Source: Promethearchaeota archaeon
GTDB taxonomy: Archaea; Asgardarchaeota; Lokiarchaeia; Sigyniarchaeales; SOKP01
Reading direction: 5' to 3'
Assembly: GCA_048938895.1 (NCBI GenBank)
Contig: JBHLLU010000062.1
Location: forward strand, 1-22,410
DNA length: 22,410 bases
Shown here: positions 1 through 9,049 of the stretch, piece by piece
Position numbering within the stretch: the first letter of the stretch is position 1
How the letters are laid out: every line of letters begins with the position of its first letter
Notes under the pieces: generated by a model
Database searches by the model: none
Seen by the model: only the letters and a program-made list of their open reading frames with translations
Told to the model about the DNA's origin: nothing
Program-made: the position numbers and the translations under genes

Positions 1-371
1 GAAGCATTTTTAATAGGAGGGATATTAGGGGTGCTTCCTAATGCTAAAACTAGTTTATCATATGAAATTATTTTACTATTATCTTCAATTTCTATTGTTT
101 TAGTCTGAGGAATAATTTTTTTTATACGAGTATTGAGATTTAAATTAATTCTCTTAGTTTTATACCAATTCTCTTTGAATACAATTAGGTCTTCTTTGGT
201 AACTTTTTCTGAGATTAGTTCTGGTAATTTAACCCTTGTATAATAAGGATATTTTTCTTGGGTATATATCTCGATTCCTGCCTGTTCATTTAGAGATCGT
301 ATGTTTTGAGCAGTAAAAGTACCAGAGACGTTATTTCCAATTATAACAACTTTCAATTGAATCTTTTTCAC
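1..371 (-). CDS. FAD-dependent pyridine nucleotide-disulfide oxidoreductase (NAD(P)H:rubredoxin oxidoreductase/NirB-like), N-terminal part; runs off the window edge
   Basis: Not in the ORF track. Hand translation of the minus strand gives (VKKIQ)LKVVIIGNNVSGTFTAQNIRSLNEQAGIEIYTQEKYPYYTRVKLPELI...ISYDKLVLALGSTPNIPPIKNA, which has the Rossmann start, Y-x-R-x-x-L and YDKLVLAxGS motifs. Start is GTG 371 or TTG 356. Confidence 0.85.
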   Translation of the reverse strand, partial: MKKIQLKVVIIGNNVSGTFTAQNIRSLNEQAGIEIYTQEKYPYYTRVKLPELISEKVTKEDLIVFKENWYKTKRINLNLNTRIKKIIPQTKTIEIEDNSKIISYDKLVLALGSTPNIPPIKNA

Positions 372-524
372 CAAAATATGTACAATTTTGACTTTTTGTT
401 AAGGTTATAAGTTTAATCATTTTATATTAAGCTTTTTATTATGATTTCTAAATATTTTAAGGTTTATAATGAAAAGAACATGTTCGAAATTAAAAATATA
501 AAATCATCTCCATTTGATTTAATT

Positions 525-1307
525 ATGACTGAAGTAGAGCAAAATTTAGTAAAAAGAAAAATTATTAAGATTGATGAAGATCTTTGTACAGGTTGCGGAA
601 ATTGTGTGGTAGATTGTGCAGAAGGCGCGTTAAAGGTAATTAATGGAAAAGCTAGGGTAATAAATGAAGTTTTCTGTGATGGTCTTGGGGCATGCATTTC
701 TGGTTGCCCTGAGGGTGCACTTGAAATAATCGAACGAGAAGCATTAGAATTTGATGAAGAGGCAGTTGAAAAACATTTAGAGTCTATGAAACATGATCAG
801 AAAGTAGAAGTTCAACAAATGAGACAAGTTGTTGCTGAACATTCAACCCAATGTGGTTGTCCCTCTGCACAAACAATGATATTTGAAGAACCTGAAGTAC
901 AAACAGAATTAACTGGAAAAGTTCCTTCAGCTTTACGACAGTGGCCAGTTCAAATGCACTTAATAAATCCTAGAGCTCCATATTATCAGGGTGCTGATGT
1001 ATTACTTTCTGCTGATTGTGTTGGATTTTCTTATGGTGATTTTCATAGAGATTTCTTAAAACAGAAATCTATTGCGATTGCTTGCCCAAAACTAGATCAA
1101 GGAAAAGAAATATACATTGAAAAAATTAAATCATTGATAGATGATGCTAAGATAAATACTCTTACCGTTGTAATTATGGAAGTTCCTTGTTGTTCCGGGT
1201 TATTAGCTCTAGCTCAAGAAGGAGCGAAAAGAGCAAGTCGTAAAGTTCCTATAAAATATATAGTAGTAGGAATACAGGGAAATATTTTAAAAGAAGAATG
1301 GGTATAA
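525..1307 (+). CDS. 4Fe-4S dicluster ferredoxin-domain protein with Cys-rich C-terminal domain
   Basis: CTGCGNCVVDC and CDGLGACISGCP motifs, then CGCP, LRQWPVQ, ADC, CPKLD and MEVPCC. ATG 525 is more likely than 441 because the upstream extension looks like AT-rich promoter DNA shared with the divergent gene. Confidence 0.85.
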   Translation: MTEVEQNLVKRKIIKIDEDLCTGCGNCVVDCAEGALKVINGKARVINEVFCDGLGACISGCPEGALEIIEREALEFDEEAVEKHLESMKHDQKVEVQQMRQVVAEHSTQCGCPSAQTMIFEEPEVQTELTGKVPSALRQWPVQMHLINPRAPYYQGADVLLSADCVGFSYGDFHRDFLKQKSIAIACPKLDQGKEIYIEKIKSLIDDAKINTLTVVIMEVPCCSGLLALAQEGAKRASRKVPIKYIVVGIQGNILKEEWV

Positions 1308-1330
1308 TTTTTTTTAACATTTTTTTTTTA
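1308..1330 (+). terminator. oligo-T tract, archaeal-type intrinsic terminator between convergent genes
   Basis: Two long T runs directly follow the TAA at 1307. Confidence 0.5.
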
Positions 1331-1984
1331 TTATTTTTTAAGTAAGACTTTTTTCTTAATGATTTTTCTTAGCATTACAGAGAGAGCAGATTTAGATTTA
1401 CCCATTTGATTAGCCAATTCTTCTAAAGATATTTTTCGGGGTATTTCAAAGAATCCTGTAGAGATTGCTTTATCTAAAATATTTACTTCGTCCAAAGTTA
1501 GTTTATTTTTATCATCTTCTACGTTATAGGGAGAGACTCCAATTCTCAATAATTCAAAATTGATTCTTTTTTGTTCAAATAGAGTTAACAATTGATCTAT
1601 TCCTTCTCTACTTGAAATTAATCTCCAGAATGCGTACCCATCCTCTACTCTTACAGGAAAGTCAATAAGTACACCACATTTTATTATAGCATACAACAAG
1701 TAAGGATCTTTTGTCTTTATATTAAATTTAACTCTGTTTTCTTCCTGTTCTAAAATGCTGAGCTCAAATACTGAAGGGTGACTTCTTATTTCATCAATAA
1801 TCTTTCTTATGTCATAATGCATAATTTCAATTGCTGAATTTCCAATGGATTTCTCCAGATCATATGGAAGAAAATGTGAGATTTCCATTTTTATGTCTGG
1901 AAATTCTTTAAATATGTGAGATATCCATAATTGTTCAGGAAATTTAATTTTAACTCTTGCTAGACTTGTTTTACTTGTTTCCAT
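1331..1984 (-). CDS. Bat/HTH_10-family archaeal transcription regulator
   Basis: C-terminal LTLDEVNILDKAISTGFFEIPRKISLEELANQMGKSKSALSVMLRK is the HTH_10 (bacterio-opsin activator-type) signature. Confidence 0.85.
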   Translation of the reverse strand: METSKTSLARVKIKFPEQLWISHIFKEFPDIKMEISHFLPYDLEKSIGNSAIEIMHYDIRKIIDEIRSHPSVFELSILEQEENRVKFNIKTKDPYLLYAIIKCGVLIDFPVRVEDGYAFWRLISSREGIDQLLTLFEQKRINFELLRIGVSPYNVEDDKNKLTLDEVNILDKAISTGFFEIPRKISLEELANQMGKSKSALSVMLRKIIKKKVLLKK

Positions 1985-2065
1985 CTTTTAATAGTAGTAT
2001 TCAACAATTTAAATTATTTGTCAGAGAAGAATACTTAATAAAACAATTTAAATTGCAATCATATT

Positions 2066-2662
2066 ATGGATAGCAAGAATTTATTATTAGGAATATGTGG
2101 TAGTCCTAGAAAACAAGGAACGGACTTTGCTGTCAATTATGCATTACAATATGCTAAGGATAAATTTGGATTTGATACAGAGTTTTGGTCTGTTAGGAGG
2201 AAAGATATCAAATTCTGTACCCACTGTGATTATTGCATTAGAGAGAAAAAGGGATGCATTAATGAAGATGATTTACAGGAGCTATATTCATTAATTGAAA
2301 ATGCTAAATTTTTAATTTTAGGAACCCCAGTTTTCCAGGGAAATCTGTCTGGACAGTTAAAAACGCTATTAGATCGTTGTCGAGCGATGGTAGCTAAAGA
2401 TCCAGTGGTATTTAAAAATAAAATTGGAGCTGCTTTAGCAGTAGGGGGAGACAGAAGCGGAGGTCAAGAAATTGCGATTAGAAGTATTTTAGATTTTTTT
2501 CAACAGAACCATATTTTATCTGTATCAGGAGGTGCTTTTGGGGCAAATTTAGGTGCAAGTTTGTGGAGTCAAGATTTAGGTTTAAATGGTGTACAATCTG
2601 ATAAGGAAGGCCTGAGATCTATTCGGAAAGTCATCAAAAGAATGGCTGAATTTAGGGATTAA
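2066..2662 (+). CDS. iron-sulfur flavoprotein (Isf)/multimeric flavodoxin family
   Basis: GSPRKQGT FMN loop, compact CTHCDYCx6C cluster motif, GTPVF, LKTLLDR and RSGGQE. Confidence 0.9.
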   Translation: MDSKNLLLGICGSPRKQGTDFAVNYALQYAKDKFGFDTEFWSVRRKDIKFCTHCDYCIREKKGCINEDDLQELYSLIENAKFLILGTPVFQGNLSGQLKTLLDRCRAMVAKDPVVFKNKIGAALAVGGDRSGGQEIAIRSILDFFQQNHILSVSGGAFGANLGASLWSQDLGLNGVQSDKEGLRSIRKVIKRMAEFRD

Positions 2663-2764
2663 TATTTCAAGAAATCAAGTCAATTATGTTTTAAATTAGT
2701 AACATTAATGAATACTTAATTATTTCCCTACCAAAATTTCATTTTAATTAATTAGAAAGAACCT

Positions 2765-3343
2765 TTGATGTCAGATCCGAAAATTGAATACAGGAAGGGA
2801 ATGTTGATTGCACTACTATTCCTTTCTTTAGGAGTAGCTCAATTAGTATTCGTAATTTCAGCGCGTTCACAGTTGATCTGGAGATATAAACCAGGACCAA
2901 TATCTGGTAATCATATAGTTCGCGTACCTGAAAGTTATTTAATACCCAACAGCTACGTTTTTACGATTGGTGGACTATTTCCACATATTCTAGACGAGAA
3001 TGTAGTTGGCAATGTAACATTAGTACGCCTTAAATCTGGGAGGAATTACACTATTAATTATAATATTGAAGGCTATTTAAAGTATCAAAAACTAATACTT
3101 GATGCTAGGTTATTTAAGTTATCTCCTGGTAGATATAATATTTCGTGGGTAAATAATGTTAGCCGTTTTGAATATTACTTTACAACTCATGGTCTCTTTA
3201 ATTTGTTTCCACAAAATGATAGATATCCCTATTTGTCAGAGACAGTTTTTCTAGTTATCTCAATATTTGGATTAATAGCTTTTTTAGTTGCTGCAATAAA
3301 GAAATACTTGAAGGTAAGACAAGCTTATGCTTTTCATAGATAA
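2765..3343 (+). CDS. hypothetical membrane protein (N- and C-terminal TM helices around a beta-rich soluble domain)
   Basis: Hydrophobic segments MLIALLFLSLGVAQLVFVI and VFLVISIFGLIAFLVAAI, followed by a basic tail. Confidence 0.7.
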   Translation: MMSDPKIEYRKGMLIALLFLSLGVAQLVFVISARSQLIWRYKPGPISGNHIVRVPESYLIPNSYVFTIGGLFPHILDENVVGNVTLVRLKSGRNYTINYNIEGYLKYQKLILDARLFKLSPGRYNISWVNNVSRFEYYFTTHGLFNLFPQNDRYPYLSETVFLVISIFGLIAFLVAAIKKYLKVRQAYAFHR

Positions 3344-3428
3344 ACTTTAATCTTTTTCTCTTTTTATTTATATCATAATGAGAATCTCATTACAACCTTG
3401 GTTTTTTTAGAAAAAAAGTAAAAAAAAT

Positions 3429-3725
3429 TTATTTAGCACCAAATAGTTTTTTCGCTTCCTTTATTCTGAGGCCATTTATACCCCAAATTTCTTTAAACCA
3501 GTATTTTCCCTTATGAAGTACTGCAGGTGTATTTACTATACAACCATCAGCATCGCAGAAAGTTGTCAAGAAGTTTTTATCATTTAATAATTCATGAACA
3601 AATTCCTCATCATCAATATCTCTTTCAATATATTTTATATCGTTTTCTTTAAGCCAATCCTTAAGTTCATGACACCTATGACAATCTTCTTTAGTTATCA
3701 CAATCGGAATATTAGCTTCTGCCAT
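3429..3725 (-). CDS. glutaredoxin/NrdH-like protein
   Basis: VITKEDCHRC active site, LKENDIKYIERDI and the cis-Pro motif TPAV; an extra CDADGC is present. Confidence 0.8.
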   Translation of the reverse strand: MAEANIPIVITKEDCHRCHELKDWLKENDIKYIERDIDDEEFVHELLNDKNFLTTFCDADGCIVNTPAVLHKGKYWFKEIWGINGLRIKEAKKLFGAK

Positions 3726-3953
3726 AATTAAATGATATTTCGTAGGTATATAAAATTTTCATCTATAGTATGTAATAAAAATATATGAAGATTGGGTACT
3801 TATCGGAGAAATGCTTTAATTAATTAATATTTGATAATTATAATCTTATTAATAATTGAGATTTTAAAGTTTTTTAATAATTTATTAGGAATAGATTATT
3901 ATTGCTTAAGACTCTTTTAACGATAGGAAAATACTAATTTGTGAGATATTGTA

Positions 3954-4265
3954 ATGTCAATCCAAGAGTTAATTGATAAGCTAGCGAATAATGTTGATGG
4001 TGAAAATGGAGCAGATGAAAATATTCTAGTTTTCACCTTATCGACATGTATGTGGTGTAAGAAATGCAAAACTTTTCTGAACGATAGGAATATGAAGTAT
4101 AGATATATAGATGTTGATAGAATTGATGGAAAAGATAAATCAACAATTTTAAATCATCTGAAATCAAAGTATGAATCGAGAATTTCCTATCCTTTCCTTG
4201 TATGTGAAAGTGGACATGTTATTGGATATAATCCTAATCAGTATGAAGAGTTATTGAAAAAGTGA
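3954..4265 (+). CDS. glutaredoxin (NrdH-redoxin-like)
   Basis: FTLSTCMWCKK active site, YIDVD, SYP cis-Pro and VIGYN. Confidence 0.9.
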   Translation: MSIQELIDKLANNVDGENGADENILVFTLSTCMWCKKCKTFLNDRNMKYRYIDVDRIDGKDKSTILNHLKSKYESRISYPFLVCESGHVIGYNPNQYEELLKK

Positions 4266-4275
4266 GGAGAGTTAA

Positions 4276-4638
4276 ATGGATATGGAAACAAAAGAAGGAA
4301 TGAAAGAATATATTAATCAGGTTGCTACCAAGAATAATTGGATTAATAACCAAGAAAAAAAAACTTATGAAGATTTAATTGAAGGATTGGTTGATAATAA
4401 AAGAAATTTAGGATATCAATCTTGTCCATGTCGATTTGCAAGTGGTAAAAGGGAATTAGATAGAGATCTTATTTGTCCCTGTAATTATGCTGCTCAAGAT
4501 ATAAAAGAATATTCAGCTTGTTATTGTAATCTTTTCTTGAGCCCTGATTTCTATGATAAAGGAGTAAATTACATTATTGTTCCAGAACGAAGACCTGTTG
4601 AAAAAGAAAATGCTGCATTAGAGTATATTAATCAATAA
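4276..4638 (+). CDS. ferredoxin:thioredoxin reductase catalytic subunit-like protein
   Basis: CPCR...DLICPC...CYCNLF signature and C-terminal VPERRP; 10 bp after the glutaredoxin, with a GAGGAG ribosome-binding site. Confidence 0.92.
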   Translation: MDMETKEGMKEYINQVATKNNWINNQEKKTYEDLIEGLVDNKRNLGYQSCPCRFASGKRELDRDLICPCNYAAQDIKEYSACYCNLFLSPDFYDKGVNYIIVPERRPVEKENAALEYINQ

Positions 4639-4753
4639 AAATAATCTGATTCGTACTAATAATCAATCCGTTCTCTTTTTTAATAACCTATAATTTGATT
4701 ATCAATATTTCATAATCTAAATTTTTAAATACTGCATTTCCTCTTTTTTAAAT

Positions 4754-4912
4754 ATGACAGATAATGAAATGACTGATGAAGAACTCGAAAGGGAGTTAGA
4801 TAAAGCTTTCAAAGAAAATGAAGCTAAACGTGATCACTGTGGAACACCAATGCCGTCGAATCAAGAGGTTGGTATTCAAAGAACAAATGTTAAACTAAAA
4901 AATGATAAATAG
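4754..4912 (+). CDS. small hypothetical protein (52 aa)
   Basis: Hand translation: MTDNEMTDEELERELDKAFKENEAKRDHCGTPMPSNQEVGIQRTNVKLKNDK*. It is purine-rich, coding-like sequence within AT-rich spacers, with a TTTTTAAAT TATA-like box about 25-30 bp upstream and a T-tract downstream. Confidence 0.65.
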   Translation: MTDNEMTDEELERELDKAFKENEAKRDHCGTPMPSNQEVGIQRTNVKLKNDK

Positions 4913-5033
4913 AATTAAAAAATAGTTGGATTCTCATTTTTTTATTTCATATTTTTAAACCACCCAAAGAATAAATAAAACTCTGTATATAATTATAACA
5001 CAATATCTTGGTTTAATTTTTGAATTATATATC

Positions 5034-6017
5034 ATGAAAGAGCGAATTAAAGGGAGAAAAAATTTTCCTACTGAGGAGGTAGATCCTGATAATTTCCTTT
5101 CTGATGATGAAGTAAGAAGCCTGATACTCAAAGGAAGAAATATTAAATTCACCCAGGATTTGTTTGAAAAATTGTTTAACTGCGTCCATTGTGGTGAATG
5201 CGAAACAGAACCTGAAAGATTCTTATTGAAACAAAAATTTGTTGAAGATGGTAATACTTTTGATGAATTTGATGAAATGCTCGAATATTTTCATGAGTAC
5301 CGAACCCCATACCCCACAAATAAAATGAGGATAAAGAGACCAAAAGGGCTTCCTCTCAAGTCAGACACACTTTTTTTTATGGGATGTCTTTCTACAATAA
5401 GGATACCCAAATATACTGAACATGCCCTCCAATATCTTTTAAATCAAAATATTGAGTTCACAATATTAGATAAAGAAATATGTTGTGGGTGGCATTTACT
5501 TGCAAGTGGTTTAAAAAAAGAATTTGAACAAAGCATCAAAGAAAATGCAGAGATATTTAAAAATTATAAGAAAGTAATCTGTTTATGCCCTGCATGTTTC
5601 TATCTATTTAAAACGTATTTGATACCTATAATGGAAAATGATATAGAAATTAAATATATCTCGGATTATATTAAACCATCTAAATCAGAACATAATGGAA
5701 GAATTGGGATTCAACATTTATGCCAATTGATGAATAGAGGGAAGGAAGGTATAGATACACTAGTCAATACCTCTCTTAAAAAAAGTGGTTATGAGGTGAT
5801 TGATGTACCTCATTGGTGTTGTGGAGGAGGAACTGGATGGATGGGAAGAACATCTGTAATTGAAAGTATTGCCCGTAAAAGAATGAAAGATTTCGATAGA
5901 GAAGATTTAGATTATGCTACTACCTATTGCCCCTCTTGTTGGTGGATTCTACGTAGGTTTAGCAAATTATGTAAAATAAAGCCAAAAGCAAAAGATTTAT
6001 TTGAACTGCTATTGTAA
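5034..6017 (+). CDS. CCG-domain Fe-S oxidoreductase (HdrD/HdrB/GlpC-like)
   Basis: Two CCG domains (FFMGC...CCGW...CPAC and QHLC...CCGGG...YCPSC) preceded by CVHCGEC. Confidence 0.85.
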   Translation: MKERIKGRKNFPTEEVDPDNFLSDDEVRSLILKGRNIKFTQDLFEKLFNCVHCGECETEPERFLLKQKFVEDGNTFDEFDEMLEYFHEYRTPYPTNKMRIKRPKGLPLKSDTLFFMGCLSTIRIPKYTEHALQYLLNQNIEFTILDKEICCGWHLLASGLKKEFEQSIKENAEIFKNYKKVICLCPACFYLFKTYLIPIMENDIEIKYISDYIKPSKSEHNGRIGIQHLCQLMNRGKEGIDTLVNTSLKKSGYEVIDVPHWCCGGGTGWMGRTSVIESIARKRMKDFDREDLDYATTYCPSCWWILRRFSKLCKIKPKAKDLFELLL

Positions 6018-6028
6018 GAAAATTCTTC

Positions 6029-7669
6029 TCATTTTAGTTCTGGAATTAAAATAATAAAATTACTTCCCTGTTCATAATCATTATTAACACGATTTTCGAC
6101 CCAAATCTTGCCATTATAGCTTTTAAGGATTTTTTTTACAAGAGATAAGCCAATACCCATACCTCTCACCATTTTATCTCTCTTAAAGCCTTTTTGAAAT
6201 ATATTTTCTTTATTTTCATCGAAAATACCAATACCATTATCTTTGAATTCCAATTTAACATATTTCTTTTGCTCTATAACTTCTCTTAGTATATTAATCT
6301 CGATTTCGACAGTCTTATTTTTATTGTATTTAATGGCGTTATGGAGAATATTTTCAAATACATCTAATAAAAACTCATTTGCTAAAATCTTAATATCTTC
6401 GATTGTTTTATTAATTTTAATATCTAATTCTTTTCCCCTATTGCTTTTTTTAGCAAAGATTATAGCTTCATCTAAATATTGGTAGAGATCAACTTCTTTT
6501 AGTTTAATTTCAGTTTCCTGAAGTTTAGACAATTTTCGCACATTATCTATTAATTTAACTCCCCTATTGATTTGATTATCAACAATTTGAAAAATGTCTT
6601 CTATTTGATCTAAATTCTTTTGCTGTTCTCTTAAAATTGTTATCAATTCCATTGATGAGAGAATATTATGGAAGATGTTATTAATATCATGAGTGAAAAT
6701 ATCTTTATAAAATTCAGCTCGTTCATATGCATCTCTATATTGTTTCTCAGATTTTCTTAACTCCTGTTCAGCATGTTGATGCTCAGTTATATCTTTAAAA
6801 CTCCATACACGTCCCACATTTTGACCATCATGAAATAAAGGACAAGAATATTGCTCAAAAATTCGTCCATCCTTGAAAAAAATCATGTCGTAAGCATCTT
6901 CTGAAGTCTTCCTAAGATTATACATTTTAAGTAAAAATTTGGATGGTTCTTTTAGCTGATCTACAATAAATTCTAATAATTTCTTAAAGTCAGTCTGTTC
7001 TGCTATATCTTCTGGGATACGCCACATATAGATGAATCTGGCATTAATATTTGTTATAATATCATCGTCATTTATCGCCAGAATTCCATCTGCTGTTGCT
7101 TCGAATGTGGCTCTTAATAATTCCTTGCTTTCTCTCAATGCAATCTCAGTATTTAGGCGTTCTATTGTATCTCCAAGGATTTGTGAAAAAATTCGTAGAA
7201 TTGCAAAGTCTTTACCTTTCCATTGAGTTTTTTCCACTGTTTTACTAAAACAGACATATCCCTCAATGTTTCTTTTAATATAAATAGGAAATGCTAAAAA
7301 GGATTTAATATCTTGGTCCATTAAAAAAAGCTTAACCATTGAAATATTATCAGGTAAGGAATTTACATCTCTAATATTAACGAAACTTATTTTTTCGACT
7401 TGTTCCTTCCACCAGGAAATTTTTTCAATTTCCACTTTTTGTAAATTTTGTATTTGAGAGGAAGTACCATCGGAACACCATTCATGAGTATTCTCTATTG
7501 AATTTTTATTGCCATTAAAAAGAAATAAGGAGACTCTATTGGATTGGGATAATAAACCTAATTCTTGAAATGAGGAATTTATAGCATCATCCAAATCTAT
7601 ATTACCGACAAATCTAGAAGAAATAGAGGATATAACCTTTTCAAAATTTAATCTGCTTTCTAATGACAC
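6029..7669 (-). CDS. cytoplasmic GAF-PAS sensor histidine kinase
   Basis: GAF (NTHEWC...SFLAFPI), PAS (FEATADGIL...GRVWSFKDITE), H-box FTHDINN, N-box ENILHNAIKY, G1 DNGIGI and G2 GMGIGL; no TM segments. Confidence 0.92.
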   Translation of the reverse strand: MSLESRLNFEKVISSISSRFVGNIDLDDAINSSFQELGLLSQSNRVSLFLFNGNKNSIENTHEWCSDGTSSQIQNLQKVEIEKISWWKEQVEKISFVNIRDVNSLPDNISMVKLFLMDQDIKSFLAFPIYIKRNIEGYVCFSKTVEKTQWKGKDFAILRIFSQILGDTIERLNTEIALRESKELLRATFEATADGILAINDDDIITNINARFIYMWRIPEDIAEQTDFKKLLEFIVDQLKEPSKFLLKMYNLRKTSEDAYDMIFFKDGRIFEQYSCPLFHDGQNVGRVWSFKDITEHQHAEQELRKSEKQYRDAYERAEFYKDIFTHDINNIFHNILSSMELITILREQQKNLDQIEDIFQIVDNQINRGVKLIDNVRKLSKLQETEIKLKEVDLYQYLDEAIIFAKKSNRGKELDIKINKTIEDIKILANEFLLDVFENILHNAIKYNKNKTVEIEINILREVIEQKKYVKLEFKDNGIGIFDENKENIFQKGFKRDKMVRGMGIGLSLVKKILKSYNGKIWVENRVNNDYEQGSNFIILIPELK

Positions 7670-7863
7670 GTTCCTATCAACTATTGATTAGTAATCCAAA
7701 TTATAGCTTATAACGATTAGCTTTAGGCTATTTAAGATATATCTGATAAATCTTATACTGCAATTATGATAGACTATATAAATTTAAATTTTTGGAAAGA
7801 ATAAAGCGGTTCTCGAATGATTTATTTTGGAGAAGTTTAATTTACCTCGTTTAATTTTTTTAC

Positions 7864-9030
7864 ATGATAAAATTGAATTTGGAATCAGAATTCAACAAAG
7901 AATCGGACAATTTTTTAAAAAGGAAATTTTCCCTAAAAGAATTTGGAGGTGCTTTTGGTGATTGGGGAACATTAATCCCATTTATCATAGGATATATTTC
8001 AATCGTAGGCTTAAATCCTGCCGGAATTTTTTTAACATTAGGTTTGACAAATATCATTTTAGGTATTCGTTTTAATTTACCTTTACCAGTTCAACCACAA
8101 AAAACAATAGGTACTGTAGCTATTTCAGATGCATGGGATCCCAACATGGTTATCTCAACTGGATTTGGAACGGGTGTAATTTGGTTCATCTTAGGTTTAT
8201 CAAAAAAACTAAACAAAATAGTCCAAAAGATTCCTACTATAACTGTTCGCGGAATTCAGCTTGGATTGGCAATAATATTAGGTTGGACAGGAATTATTCT
8301 CTTTATGGAAAATTATTTATTGGGAATTATATCAGTTTTGATAATATTGATATTCATTAAAAATAAACCCATCCCTTCTGCAATAATCCTAACTTTACTG
8401 GGAATTATTATTTTATTCTTTTCTCGAAATATATTGTTATCAGATATCGAATTTGGATTACCAAATTTTAGTTTTGGGTTCCCAACCTGGAAAAATTTTA
8501 TATTGGGAATGATATATGCGGGTATTGCTCAATTATTTTTAACACTTACCAATGTAATGATAGCTACTGTCGTATTAATTAAGGATTTATTTCCTGAAAG
8601 AGAAAATGTAGTTGATGCAAATACATTAGCTCTTAACATGGGATTTATGAACTTAGTTAGTCCTTTTTTTACTGGAATGCCTACATGCCATGGATCGGGG
8701 GGACTAATGGCCCAGTATGCATTTGGTGCCAGGACAGGCGGTTCCATGATTATGGAAGGGATTATGGAAATAATACTTGGTTTATTCTTTTCAGAAATTT
8801 TATTTTTGCTTTTTTCTGAATTCCCACAGGCAATATTAGGAGCTATGTTGATTTACACTGCTTATTTATTGGGAAGAGTAGCTTTCAGAGATTTTAGTAA
8901 AAGAAAATTCCCAATTATACTTATATCCGCAATATTCTGTTATTTTCTGAACATCACAATTGGATTTTTTATTGGTTTATTCTTGTATCTTATCTTCAAA
9001 AAATTAATTGAGAAGGATGAAAAAAAATAA
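7864..9030 (+). CDS. MOT1-family molybdate (sulfate-permease-related) transporter
   Basis: EFGGAFGDWGTLIP, PLPVQPQK and GMPTCHGSGGLMAQYAFGARTG motifs; many TM helices. Confidence 0.88.
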   Translation: MIKLNLESEFNKESDNFLKRKFSLKEFGGAFGDWGTLIPFIIGYISIVGLNPAGIFLTLGLTNIILGIRFNLPLPVQPQKTIGTVAISDAWDPNMVISTGFGTGVIWFILGLSKKLNKIVQKIPTITVRGIQLGLAIILGWTGIILFMENYLLGIISVLIILIFIKNKPIPSAIILTLLGIIILFFSRNILLSDIEFGLPNFSFGFPTWKNFILGMIYAGIAQLFLTLTNVMIATVVLIKDLFPERENVVDANTLALNMGFMNLVSPFFTGMPTCHGSGGLMAQYAFGARTGGSMIMEGIMEIILGLFFSEILFLLFSEFPQAILGAMLIYTAYLLGRVAFRDFSKRKFPIILISAIFCYFLNITIGFFIGLFLYLIFKKLIEKDEKK

Positions 9031-9049
9031 ATTTTAACTGCTTTTGATC

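Noticed and set aside
3833-3851. Fur/PerR-box-like GATAATTATAATCTTATTA between the glutaredoxins
   Set aside because: About 14/19 match in an extremely AT-rich spacer, with no Fur gene in the window; not distinguishable from chance.
4263-4316. Selenocysteine readthrough at the glutaredoxin TGA (Lokiarchaeia are known to use Sec)
   Set aside because: The TGA falls at the natural end of the fold, not at a Cys position, and overlaps the next gene's SD. It is out of frame with FTR and no SECIS-like hairpin was recognised. All redox motifs in the window use Cys.
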